Shown one piece after another: positions 1 to 9,162 of a DNA stretch of 64,000 nucleotides (the first letter of the stretch is position 1; the number at the start of each line of letters is the position of its first letter). The notes under the pieces are model-generated. The model did no database searches. It was not told where the DNA came from and worked only from the letters and a program-made list of their open reading frames with translations. The stretch comes from Gammaproteobacteria bacterium (GTDB taxonomy: Bacteria > Pseudomonadota > Gammaproteobacteria > JBCCGL01): positions 864,001 to 928,000 of the forward strand of contig OZ255836.1 in assembly GCA_965277715.1 (NCBI GenBank), given 5' to 3'. The translations under genes and the position numbers were made by a program.

Positions 1-409
1 CACCGCAGGCCGCCTGGATGCGTTGGTTTTCCCGCAGCGTATCGGCAAACGCTTCATTGTCGGCCAGGTACATATAGCCGTAGCTTTGCAACAGTAAGGT
101 CGGCACACGTGGGTCATCGCCCATAAAAGCGCGGAAGTTTTTGACAAATTCAGCGGCAAATTGTGAGACGCGCACATTTATTTCATTCGAGAACTGTTGG
201 CGCATACAGCTATTGGTGTGTGCGGTTGAGGTAAATTCATAGCTGGGATCGCGCTCGACAACCAGGATACTGCCGTCAAAGTCCGGGTTGTTTGACAAAA
301 ACCAGGCGACCGACGAGCCGTACATGGCACCCCCGACGATAACCACGTCATAGCGGGGGCGCTGAGGTGTCGCCGATATAGGTGTCGTTGAGGGTGTTGT
401 TTGGTTCAT
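1..409 (-). CDS. FAD-dependent oxidoreductase (DAO/sarcosine-oxidase-beta-like), 5' part only; truncated by window edge
   Basis: Own translation from ATG at 409: MNQTT...RYDVVIVGGAMYGSSVAWFL...ILVVERDPSYEFTSTAHTNSCMRQQFS, an N-terminal Rossmann FAD-binding pattern. Start overlaps the hydantoinase B stop (TAATG). Confidence 0.85.
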   Translation of the reverse strand, partial: MNQTTPSTTPISATPQRPRYDVVIVGGAMYGSSVAWFLSNNPDFDGSILVVERDPSYEFTSTAHTNSCMRQQFSNEINVRVSQFAAEFVKNFRAFMGDDPRVPTLLLQSYGYMYLADNEAFADTLRENQRIQAACG

Positions 410-2130
410 TAAAGTATTTTCCCCTGTTTTACGGCATCTTGGGTTTGTTTGATATCGAGGTCGCTAAGCCCATAATCGCGTTTGGCCACGGTAGCTGAAA
501 TATATCCTCTGGCGAGGTCAGTGCGCACCTTCTGCGGGTCTCTCTCTGTTGCCGGGCCATAGCCAGCGCCACCGGGAAAGGCGAGCATAACGTGGCGGCC
601 ATGCGGCACATACTGTCTGCCTTTGCCTTGCATGGTTGTGCCGTCGTCCTGGCTTATTGTTGTGGGTGCGCCATTCTGGCCTCCCTGGCGCCCCCGTGCC
701 GGGTGATGTACACGGTCAAACATCGCCGAGAAGTCAAATTCATGGCCGGCGCTTGCGCTGATTTCCATGTACTGCCCCAGCCCACCACGGTATTGGCCCG
801 CGCCGCCGCTATCGGGGCGCAGCTCTTTACGCCAGATAATCACCGGGCCGGTGTGCTCAGTTGCCTCGACCGGCATTGTCATCACCCCGGATGGAAACGC
901 CGTGGCGCTCATACCGTCCAGGCCTGGCCGTGCGCCAGAACCCCCTGAGTTAAACGTGAGTACTTCGGCCCGTATTGCATTTTTTGTGGCATCATCTGAA
1001 GGGTCGGCGTCGGTGCGCGGACGCACGGACACCTGGAAGTTGCACAGGGTGCCCGCACCCTCGGCGGGCACGGTGTTGGGGAGGAGTTTGTCGAGCGCGT
1101 CGTACACGGTATCTGGCAACATATGCCCAATCACATGGCGCAAGGCAACCGGGGCGGGGCGCAGCGCGTTGAGGATGGTGTTTTCAGGTGCGGTGACGAC
1201 AAACGGGGCCAGTGAGGCGGCATTATTGGGTATCTCTGGGGCAATGGCGCATTTTAAGGCGTAGCAGGCATACGCCTGGGTGTACACCAACGGTACATTG
1301 ATGCCTTTTTTGTCGACACCGGAAGAGCCTGCAAAATCGCAGAGAATCCGCTCTACCTGAATGGTGAGCTGTACCTTGAGGTCAATCGGGGTGCTGTAAC
1401 CATCGATGGTCATTGCACCATTGGCGGTGCCACGGGGAAGGGCGGCGATACGCTCAAGTGTCGCGGTGTGCGAGTTATCCAGAATAAAGGCGGCAATGCT
1501 GTTCAGGTCTGATAAGCCAAATTCCGTCATCATATTGATCAGACGCCGGTGGCCGGTTTCATTGCAATTGGCCAGGGCGTAGAGGTCGCCGATAACCTGG
1601 TCTGGCTCACGCACATTACCGCGCACGATATTCAACAGCGTGGTGTCGACTTTGCCTCTGTCGGCGAATTTCATAATGGGGATGTATAAACCCTCCTCGT
1701 ACACCGAATTGGCATCGGCACCAAAACCGCGACCGCCAATATCGACGACATGCGCCGTGCAGGCGAAGAACCCGACAAAGTGCCTCTGGTGGAAAGAGGG
1801 CGTTACCACGGTAATATCGTGCAGGTGACCGGTGCCTTCCCAGGGGTCGTTGGTGATGTAGACATCGCCCTCAAAGATATTGTCGCGGCCAATGCGCCGG
1901 ATAAAGTGGCCGACCGCTTCCGCCATCGCATTCACATGGCCGGGTGTGCCGGTTACCGCCTGCGCTAGCATACGCCCCGCTGTGTCGTAGACACCGGCAG
2001 ATAGATCACCGGCTTCGCGTACTGATGTGGAAAACGCTGTGCGCACCAAGGCCTGCGCCTGTTCCTCCACAACCGAAATCATGCGATTCCACATCACCTG
2101 GTGGGTAACCGTTGAGGTTTTTTCTGTCAT
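409..2130 (-). CDS. Hydantoinase B / 5-oxoprolinase family subunit
   Basis: 573-aa ORF with motifs RTAFSTSVREAGD, NDPWEGTGHLHD, HVVDIGG, EEGLYIP, DSGGAGQYRGG, PGGAGYG. Confidence 0.93.
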   Translation of the reverse strand: MTEKTSTVTHQVMWNRMISVVEEQAQALVRTAFSTSVREAGDLSAGVYDTAGRMLAQAVTGTPGHVNAMAEAVGHFIRRIGRDNIFEGDVYITNDPWEGTGHLHDITVVTPSFHQRHFVGFFACTAHVVDIGGRGFGADANSVYEEGLYIPIMKFADRGKVDTTLLNIVRGNVREPDQVIGDLYALANCNETGHRRLINMMTEFGLSDLNSIAAFILDNSHTATLERIAALPRGTANGAMTIDGYSTPIDLKVQLTIQVERILCDFAGSSGVDKKGINVPLVYTQAYACYALKCAIAPEIPNNAASLAPFVVTAPENTILNALRPAPVALRHVIGHMLPDTVYDALDKLLPNTVPAEGAGTLCNFQVSVRPRTDADPSDDATKNAIRAEVLTFNSGGSGARPGLDGMSATAFPSGVMTMPVEATEHTGPVIIWRKELRPDSGGAGQYRGGLGQYMEISASAGHEFDFSAMFDRVHHPARGRQGGQNGAPTTISQDDGTTMQGKGRQYVPHGRHVMLAFPGGAGYGPATERDPQKVRTDLARGYISATVAKRDYGLSDLDIKQTQDAVKQGKIL

Positions 2131-2139
2131 GGGAATGTC

Positions 2140-4236
2140 CTAAAGGGGGTGTCGGGTTATATCAATGCAGCCGTCGGGCTGACTGACGGCTGTGCGGCTG
2201 GCGGGGACAATAATGGTAGTTTCATCTTCACTGATCACCGCAGGCCCGGGCACAAAATACCCTGCCTGTAAGGTGTCACGCGATACAACACGCGCTGCAA
2301 CGGCCTCGCCTAACGCCGGATCAAAGACCGTTCTGGTGCCATGTTCAGTGGCGGCTGTGGTTGCCGCAGGCACTTCTGAGGAAGCGGTGTTTTCCGCTGT
2401 GACAGGGTGTGGGGATGTACTCGCATTAACCGACCACACCGTGATTTCCATATCCATGCCCGCTACAGCGCGGCCAAACAGGGCGGCATAGTCCCGCTCA
2501 AACAATCGCTGAAATGTGTTGGCTTCAGGATTGCCTGCCTGATCGGCACTCAGAATAATGGGTATTTCCCAGCCCTGGCCGGTGTAGCGCATATACACTT
2601 TGAACTCGGATTGTATCGCAGCCGTTGCATCACACGAGCGCACAAAGCGCCGCGCCTCTGTATCGAGGTCGGTCAGCAGTGTGCGAATTACATCTGCATC
2701 AAACCCGGATAGGCGCATATAAACGCTACGGTTCGCCTCAAAACTAAACGGTGCGCGCAAAAAGCCAATCGCCGACCCCACACCAGCGCCGGGCGGCACC
2801 AGCAGCCGGTCGATTCCCAGCTTCTCGCACAGGCGGCCCGCGTGTAGTGGTGCGGCCCCACCGAAGGCTATCATTGTGTATTCCGCCAAATCCTCGCCGT
2901 TTTCGACGGCGTGAACGCGGGCGGCATTGGCCATGTTTTCGTCGACGACTTCAACCAGCCCGTAGGCGGCGGTTTGTGTATCCATCGCCAGTGGTGCGCC
3001 CAGGGTGTTGTCCAGGGCGCTGGCTGCGTTGTGTACGTCGAGTGGCAGCGAGCCACCGGCAAAGTTGTCCGGGTCGAGCTTGCCCAGAATCAGGTCTGCA
3101 TCGGTGACAGCCGGTTTTTCACCACCCCGCCCATAGCAGGCCGGGCCGGGTTCAGAGCCTGCCGATTCCGGGCCGACGCGTATCTGCCGCATGGCATCGA
3201 CATGAGCCAATGACCCGCCGCCAGCGCCAATCTCGACCATATCGATAACCGGAATCGAAATCGGCATTCCGGAGCCTTTCTTAAAGCGGTAAGTGCGGGC
3301 CACTTCAAAGACCCGGCTGGTTTTTGGGGTTTGGTTTTTGATCAGGCAAATTTTCGCGGTTGTACCGCCCATATCAAAAGAGATGACTTTATCCAGCTTG
3401 TATTGTGAGGCGATATCAGCGGCGAACACCGCACCGCCCGCCGGGCCGGATTCGACCAGCCGAACGGGGAATTCAGCCGCACTCTCCAGCGAGATAATGC
3501 CGCCGCCAGAGTGCATCAGGAAAATAGTGCAGGTGACGCCCTCACCACGCAATTGACCGGCCAGCCTGTCCAGGTAGCTCTTCATCAAAGGCTTGATATA
3601 GGCGTTGGCCACCACGGTATTAAAGCGCTCGTATTCGCGCATTTGTGGCGATACTTCAGAGGACAGCGAGACCATCACCTGTGGAATTTTCTCGGCCAGC
3701 ACATCGCGTACCATGCGCTCATGGGTGTCGTCCAGGTAGGCGTGCATAAACCCGACCGCCACGCTCGTGTAACCCGCTGCACGTATCTCCTCCACCAACA
3801 CCTCAACGGCATTGCGGTCCAATGGAATCAGCACCTCGCCTGTAGCACTGATACGCTCCTTGAGCGTATAGCGCTGTTGGCGTGGCAGCAACGGTTCAGG
3901 GATAGTCAGGTTGAGGTCGTATTGTTCAAAGCGGGATTCGGTGCGCATCTCAATCACATCGCGAAACCCCTGGGTTGTAATCAGCGCGGTTTTGGCACCG
4001 CGCCGTTCAATCAGTGCATTCGTGGCGAGGGTGGTGCCGTGGATAATCTGTCCAATCGCTGCGGGCTGAATGCCTGCCTTGTCACACACCTGCCGCATAC
4101 CCTGAATAATGGCCTCTTCGGGGGCCAGGTAGGTGGTGAGTACTTTGGCGGAATAGTGTTTGTTGCCAAGTTCCAGCACGACATCGGTGAATGTACCGCC
4201 AATATCAACGCCCATGCGGATAGAAGATGTATTCAT
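2140..4236 (-). CDS. Hydantoinase A / 5-oxoprolinase family ATP-binding subunit
   Basis: 698-aa ORF with motifs GVDIGGTFTD, HGTTLATNALIER, ESGPAGG, DMGGTT, IGAGGGS, SAGSEPGPACYGRGG. Confidence 0.94.
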   Translation of the reverse strand: MNTSSIRMGVDIGGTFTDVVLELGNKHYSAKVLTTYLAPEEAIIQGMRQVCDKAGIQPAAIGQIIHGTTLATNALIERRGAKTALITTQGFRDVIEMRTESRFEQYDLNLTIPEPLLPRQQRYTLKERISATGEVLIPLDRNAVEVLVEEIRAAGYTSVAVGFMHAYLDDTHERMVRDVLAEKIPQVMVSLSSEVSPQMREYERFNTVVANAYIKPLMKSYLDRLAGQLRGEGVTCTIFLMHSGGGIISLESAAEFPVRLVESGPAGGAVFAADIASQYKLDKVISFDMGGTTAKICLIKNQTPKTSRVFEVARTYRFKKGSGMPISIPVIDMVEIGAGGGSLAHVDAMRQIRVGPESAGSEPGPACYGRGGEKPAVTDADLILGKLDPDNFAGGSLPLDVHNAASALDNTLGAPLAMDTQTAAYGLVEVVDENMANAARVHAVENGEDLAEYTMIAFGGAAPLHAGRLCEKLGIDRLLVPPGAGVGSAIGFLRAPFSFEANRSVYMRLSGFDADVIRTLLTDLDTEARRFVRSCDATAAIQSEFKVYMRYTGQGWEIPIILSADQAGNPEANTFQRLFERDYAALFGRAVAGMDMEITVWSVNASTSPHPVTAENTASSEVPAATTAATEHGTRTVFDPALGEAVAARVVSRDTLQAGYFVPGPAVISEDETTIIVPASRTAVSQPDGCIDITRHPL

Positions 4237-4328
4237 GCTTTGCTAAACCCTGGTTATGAAGGCGATGTAATCGTACAGAGTAAAGCGAATTTATCGGTAA
4301 ATGCCAATTGTTTTCTTGAATTTATAGA

Positions 4329-4343
4329 ATAACAATTTGTTAT
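4329..4343. promoter_or_regulatory. Putative LysR-type operator (T-N11-A) upstream of the hydantoinase operon
   Basis: Perfect 7-1-7 palindrome ATAACAA-T-TTGTTAT containing T-N11-A, about 90 bp upstream of the hydantoinase A start and next to a LysR gene. Confidence 0.6.
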
Positions 4344-4377
4344 CGGTAGAGTTTTTCGGGCTTTGTTAAGCGTTGGG

Positions 4378-5286
4378 TTAAACCGCAAACTCTGCCGTAA
4401 ATTCTGCGGCCACTTCACCGGCAAGCACGGCTGCGCTGGCGACGAACTGGGGAGATTTCTGTGCATCATATCGCGCCAGAAAATGCAGGTTGTCTGGCAC
4501 CCAGGTGTAGTGGACACGGTGCAGCTTTCCACTGTTAAGCTCGTTACCCACCATCGCCGCAGGCAGTGCGGCGATACCCATGCCATCCACCGTCATATGC
4601 AGGCAGGCGGCGAGGTTGCTCGATGGCACCAAACGCACTGAAAGGTCGCGGCGTGTAGCAAAGTGGGCCGTTATTTGTGCAAAGGGTTGGGTATCGCGTG
4701 CATGGGTGAGAATAGGGTGCTGTGCTAAATCGTCTATCGAGACACTCGCCTTATCGTGTAGTGCCAGGTCAGGTGCTGCCACCCAAGTCAAAGGATAGTG
4801 GCCAAGCCCCTGACTGCCCGATGTTGCACGGCTGAAGGGGCCGCTTTGAAAGGCCAGGTCGATTGAGCGGGTAAACAGCGCTTTTTGAAGGTTTACCGAC
4901 AAATCGACAGTGAGCTCGACGGTAATATTGGGGTAGCGTTTTTTGAGTGTTTTTAAAAACTGCCGCAACCATGTATGCACAACCATTTCCGTCACGCCCA
5001 GTTTTAACACACCATCGTGCAGCGCCACATGACCCGCGACGTCGATCAGGTTTTCTGTTGCCGATAATACTTTTCTGGCATGTGCGAGCAGTTCATATCC
5101 TTTAGATGTTAAGCACACAGACCCGGCATCGCGTGTCATCAGGGTTACATCCAGGGTCGATTCCAGCGAGGCGATACGCGATGAAATGTTCGGCTGGGTT
5201 GTATTTAAGCGCTCCGCTGCCTTGCGAAAGCTGCCGAGATCGGCGACCCAAACAAAGGCTTCGAGCTGTTTGAGGTTAAGGTTCAA
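4378..5286 (-). CDS. LysR-family transcriptional regulator
   Basis: 302 aa; N-terminal HTH (LKQLEAFVWVADLGSFRKAAERLNTTQPNISSRIASLE) plus substrate-binding domain. Confidence 0.95.
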   Translation of the reverse strand: MNLNLKQLEAFVWVADLGSFRKAAERLNTTQPNISSRIASLESTLDVTLMTRDAGSVCLTSKGYELLAHARKVLSATENLIDVAGHVALHDGVLKLGVTEMVVHTWLRQFLKTLKKRYPNITVELTVDLSVNLQKALFTRSIDLAFQSGPFSRATSGSQGLGHYPLTWVAAPDLALHDKASVSIDDLAQHPILTHARDTQPFAQITAHFATRRDLSVRLVPSSNLAACLHMTVDGMGIAALPAAMVGNELNSGKLHRVHYTWVPDNLHFLARYDAQKSPQFVASAAVLAGEVAAEFTAEFAV

Positions 5287-5510
5287 TAGGTAATTCTCAC
5301 CAGATAAAGATCACTATTTAAGCCAGTAGGGTGCTGACACAAATATGTGAAACATCGTATTTTTTTTATAGGTTTTATTTGTAACTATATGAATATTAAT
5401 ATATTTATATAAAATAAACATTAGCATTCTCGGTGCCAGGCAAACTTTATCATCACACGTCTGCAACATGCACCTTAGTGTATGCGGGACAGCATTGTTT
5501 AACCGGTGGG

Positions 5511-6575
5511 TCACTCAATTGGGCGCTCAATATTTTTTGCCGCACTGGCAAACTTCATCAACGATGTTGTCATACCCTGCCAGTTTGGAATAGCGGCTTC
5601 CTCCGGCCAGGCCTGGCGGTAGTCCCGTGGGCGTTTGCCAAACTGCCCTACAAATGATTTGGCAAAGTGTGAAAAACTAGAGAACCCACAGGCCACCGAA
5701 ATCTCCCGAATGGTTAAACGGGTTTGAGTTAACAGCACACGGGCAAACTGCAAGCGCAGTGCACGGTAATAAGCAATTGCGGTGGCATTCGCATGTTGTT
5801 TAAACAGGCGCTCAAGTTTGCGTTGTGACACATGAATCATCTCCGCTATTTCCGGGATGGTCAGCGGTTCTTCGAGGTTGTTTTCCATGAGCCGCACGGC
5901 TTCACTGAGTATATGGGGCAGTGATTGCTGTTGGTTTGCATTCACCTGGCGCTGTGGTGTGTCAGGTGGTCGAATCGGGTAGTGGGCGAGCTGGTCGGCG
6001 ACCTCCATAGCCAATTGGGGGGTATAGCGTTGTTTGATGTCGTACAGCATCATATCGATACCAGCAGTGGCACCGGCGCTGGTAATGCGGTTGCGGTCAA
6101 TCACAAAAATGCTCTCTTCTACCTGTACATTTGGGTATTGCTCGGTGAAACCCTGAATGCAGGACCACTGCAAGGTAGCGCGATAACCGGATAACAGTTT
6201 GGCCCGCGCAAGAATATACGTACCAATGCACATCGCGCCCAGTGTTACCCCGAGGTGATCCTGTCGGCGCAGCCAGTTAAACAGCACCGGATTATCGTAG
6301 TGTTCTGAGTTCCAGCTACCGCAAACGAATACCACGTCCCGGCGCATATTGTCTCTGTTCAAGGCCTCGGTAGGCAGCGACATGCCGTTGCTGGCAGTGA
6401 CAAGCCCGCCATCGACAGATAATAGTTGCCACTGATATAAGGTGGTGCCACTGACATAATTGGCGATGCGCAATGGCTCTATGCTGTTGGTCAGGGCATT
6501 CATATTAAATTTTGGGATCAACACAAACGCCATTTTGCAGGTAGAGCCTGTCTGTATGTTATTTTCAGCGTTCAT
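5511..6575 (-). CDS. GlxA/FtrA-family AraC regulator (DJ-1/PfpI domain + AraC HTH)
   Basis: IEPLRIAN, GAMCIGTYILARAKLL, RITSAGATAGIDM and C-terminal double HTH (SQRKLERLF...ISVACGFSSFSHFAKSF). Start placed at ATG 6575; the ORF is open to 6647. Confidence 0.9.
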   Translation of the reverse strand: MNAENNIQTGSTCKMAFVLIPKFNMNALTNSIEPLRIANYVSGTTLYQWQLLSVDGGLVTASNGMSLPTEALNRDNMRRDVVFVCGSWNSEHYDNPVLFNWLRRQDHLGVTLGAMCIGTYILARAKLLSGYRATLQWSCIQGFTEQYPNVQVEESIFVIDRNRITSAGATAGIDMMLYDIKQRYTPQLAMEVADQLAHYPIRPPDTPQRQVNANQQQSLPHILSEAVRLMENNLEEPLTIPEIAEMIHVSQRKLERLFKQHANATAIAYYRALRLQFARVLLTQTRLTIREISVACGFSSFSHFAKSFVGQFGKRPRDYRQAWPEEAAIPNWQGMTTSLMKFASAAKNIERPIE

Positions 6576-6745
6576 CGTAATACGCGATAGAGGTATATTG
6601 TTATAGCTCGCAAAATAACAGTGTATGGTGTGGGTTGTTTTCGACATAATACGTTGGGAAAATACCTTTTGCCAGACACTCTAATGAATAATCTTATATT
6701 GGGTATGCCCATGTATTCTCTTATAAAATTAAGCGCAATAAGCCG

Positions 6746-7612
6746 ATGCATATAGATCCCATGTCGACAGACAAGGGTTTTGATATCGATGCGTATTGGC
6801 AGCATGGTTATCAGTTTCCCTTGCGCGTTATGTCAACGGGCGAAGCGCAGCGCTACCGGGATCAACTGCAAGCTGTCGAGGCAAACCCGCCGGTTGGCAC
6901 CGAAAACCCCCTGCGTATCTATTTGCGTAACAATACCCATGTGGTGATGCCGATGGCGGCTGAACTGGCACGTAACCCCTGTATTCTGGATCAGGTGGAG
7001 AAGGTGTTGGGCGCAAATATTCTGTGTTGGTCCTGTGAATTTTTCATTAAAGAGGCAGCCACCGATAAAATTGTCACCTGGCATCAGGATTTGACTTATT
7101 GGGGGCTTGGCAGCACAGAACAGGAGGTCACCGCCTGGCTGGCCTTGTCACCAGCGACCCTGGAATCCGGCTGTATGCGCTTTGTCAGCGGTTCGCATAA
7201 AAATGCGCTGTTGCCGCATAGGGATACGTTTTGCGAATCCAATCTGCTCTCACGTGGCCAGGAAGTGGCCGTGGAGGTCAATGAAAATGAAGCGGTGGAC
7301 GTGGTGTTGCAACCTGGTGAAATGTCATTGCACCACGGTCGTGTATTTCACGCTTCCGGGCCAAACACATCGGCTGACCGGCGGATCGGTGTCGCTATCC
7401 GCTACGTTACCCCCGAGGTTCGCCAGCAGGTTGCCCACCGCGATTACGCTATGCTGGTGCGCGGTATTGATGAACACATGAACTGGGTGCATATCGCGCC
7501 ACCCCGTGCTGCATTTGATCAACAGTCACTGGCCTTGCACCGTCGTATGGCTGACGATCAACGTGCGTCGCTGGCTGCCGGGGCTGAATCAACGGTTAAA
7601 CACATCGCCTGA
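6746..7612 (+). CDS. Phytanoyl-CoA dioxygenase (PhyH) family Fe(II)/2-oxoglutarate dioxygenase
   Basis: WHQD (HxD), HHGRVFHASGPN (distal His), RRIGVAIRY (2OG-binding Arg), TAWLAL...SGCMRFVSGSH. Real start may be ATG 6761. Confidence 0.9.
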   Translation: MHIDPMSTDKGFDIDAYWQHGYQFPLRVMSTGEAQRYRDQLQAVEANPPVGTENPLRIYLRNNTHVVMPMAAELARNPCILDQVEKVLGANILCWSCEFFIKEAATDKIVTWHQDLTYWGLGSTEQEVTAWLALSPATLESGCMRFVSGSHKNALLPHRDTFCESNLLSRGQEVAVEVNENEAVDVVLQPGEMSLHHGRVFHASGPNTSADRRIGVAIRYVTPEVRQQVAHRDYAMLVRGIDEHMNWVHIAPPRAAFDQQSLALHRRMADDQRASLAAGAESTVKHIA

Positions 7613-7673
7613 TTAACGTAGGATAATCCAGAGCATACGAACACCCCTTAACATTAAACAAGTGAGAAATACT

Positions 7674-8675
7674 ATGAGTGAAACCTTTCGCGGTCTGTTG
7701 TTACGCCAGGATGAAAGTGGTGCAGTGAGTGCGGCTGTGGAGGCAATAGAAACCACACAACTCCCCGCAGACGGCGATGTGACAGTCGCTGTTGAACATT
7801 CGTCGATCAATTATAAAGACGGCCTTACAGTCAATGGTCTGGGCCGTATTGTGCGTCATTATCCCTTTGTTCCCGGCATCGATTTCGCCGGTACGGTAGA
7901 GGCTTCAGATAATCCCGGTTTTGCCGTGGGGGATAAGGTAATTTGCACGGGTTGGCGTGTCGGTGAAGTATGGTGGGGCGGTCTGGCAGAAAAAGCGCGG
8001 GTCAAGGGTGAATGGCTGGTGCATCAACCCAAGGGAGTGACATCAGCGCAGGCGATGGCAGCGGGCACCGCAGGGCTGACAGCCGCACTGTCTATTGCCG
8101 CTCTTGAAGCCAATGGCGTATCGCCTGATAAAGGGCCGATACTGGTCACCGGGGCCAGCGGTGGTGTTGGCTCGTTTAGCGTGTTGTTGTTACGTGCGCG
8201 TGGCTATGAGGTGGTTGCTGTGTCTGGTGACCCCAGCGCAGCGGATTATTTTCAGCGCTTGGGGGTATCTGAAGTGATCCCGCGTTCTGAATATGCGGAA
8301 CCGTTGAAAAAACCGCTGGAGAAAGAGCGCTGGGCGGGCTGTATCGACAATGCGGGGGGAGTTGGGTTTGCCCGTATCGCGGCACAAATGTGTTATGGCG
8401 GGTCGATTGCGGCGGTGGGTTTGGCGGCGGGTTCGCGTGTCGAGCTGGAGTTGATTACCTTGTTTGTGCGTGCGGTTACCATTTGTGGTATCGATTCAGT
8501 ACAGGCTTCTATGGACAGGCGCACTGAAGCCTGGCGTATGATCGAGGCATCGGTCGATGCGGCTCAGTACGATGATATTATGGCGGTATCGCCGTTGTCT
8601 GATGCGCCGTCTATTGCCAAATCAATACTCAAAGGTGGGGTGCGGGGGCGTGCGGTAATCGATGTAAATGCTTGA
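7674..8675 (+). CDS. acuI: Acrylyl-CoA reductase (NADPH), AcuI/YhdH family MDR
   Basis: SSINYKDGL, PFVPGIDFAGTV, GGLAEKARVKGEWLV, AMAAGTAGLTA, VTGASGGVGS, GIDSV, GGVRGRAVID. Family call is solid; substrate is inferred. Confidence 0.8.
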   Translation: MSETFRGLLLRQDESGAVSAAVEAIETTQLPADGDVTVAVEHSSINYKDGLTVNGLGRIVRHYPFVPGIDFAGTVEASDNPGFAVGDKVICTGWRVGEVWWGGLAEKARVKGEWLVHQPKGVTSAQAMAAGTAGLTAALSIAALEANGVSPDKGPILVTGASGGVGSFSVLLLRARGYEVVAVSGDPSAADYFQRLGVSEVIPRSEYAEPLKKPLEKERWAGCIDNAGGVGFARIAAQMCYGGSIAAVGLAAGSRVELELITLFVRAVTICGIDSVQASMDRRTEAWRMIEASVDAAQYDDIMAVSPLSDAPSIAKSILKGGVRGRAVIDVNA

Positions 8676-8700
8676 TGTGATGTCGCGCTGAACGACCGGG

Positions 8701-8735
8701 TATAGTTGGTTGTAATGGTATTGCAACCAACTATA
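8701..8735. terminator. Strong hairpin between convergent acuI and ABM genes (possible bidirectional terminator)
   Basis: TATAGTTGGTTGTAAT-GGT-ATTGCAACCAACTATA: 16-bp stem (one G-T pair) with a 3-nt loop. No clear U-tract. Confidence 0.5.
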
Positions 8736-8770
8736 TACAATTTACAGTAGGAGATAGAGCAACGCAGGAG

Positions 8771-8829
8771 CAGTTATAAGGTAAATCGGTACATTTGCAA
8801 ACCCCGGAAGTTATTTCGTGTACGTTCCT
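8771..8829. repeat. Palindromic element family B, copy B1 (one arm)
   Basis: End GGAAGTTATTTCGTGTACGTTCCT matches 29757-29780 at 22/24. Its reverse complement aligns without gaps to 29658-29716 (42/59 by manual count). Confidence 0.75.
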
Positions 8830-8834
8830 TATAT

Positions 8835-9140
8835 TCAAATACTTGTTTCGGAATACACCGGAGAGTAGTGTTCAACCACTGGAAAAGGGTTATAGAAATG
8901 ATGCAACAAAGCGCGCCATTCCTGATATTCCTCAGAACCACGAAACCCCTCGGTGTGATCTTCCAGTGTTTCCCAGTTCACCAGTAAAATATACCTCGAT
9001 TCAGATTCAATGCACTTCTGTAGCGTGTGCGAAACATAGCCTGACATCGACATAATAATGCGCTGCGCTTTATTAAATGCCTGTTCAAATTCTGATTCTT
9101 TACCGGGCATTACATTCAATACCGCAACCTCTAAAATCAT
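8835..9140 (-). CDS. Antibiotic biosynthesis monooxygenase (ABM) family protein
   Basis: MILEVAVLNVMPGKESEFEQAF...GYVSHTLQKCIE...YILLVNWETLEDHTEGFRGS. The longer track ORF (to 9197) runs into repeat A1. Confidence 0.88.
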   Translation of the reverse strand: MILEVAVLNVMPGKESEFEQAFNKAQRIIMSMSGYVSHTLQKCIESESRYILLVNWETLEDHTEGFRGSEEYQEWRALLHHFYNPFPVVEHYSPVYSETSI

Positions 9141-9162
9141 TTTTAACCCCTTATAACGCTTA

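Noticed and set aside
3511-4332. Long antisense ORFs (also 28038-28697, 34563-35153, 36811-37359, 56350-56934)
   Set aside because: Shadow frames opposite well-conserved genes, with no recognisable motifs or RBS.
8773-9157. ABM gene as a classical integron cassette (GTTATAAGG / CCTTATAAC inverted 9-mers)
   Set aside because: The downstream 9-mer is part of the family B repeat, no clear attC L boxes follow it, and no intI is present. Kept only as part of the broader cassette-like hypothesis.
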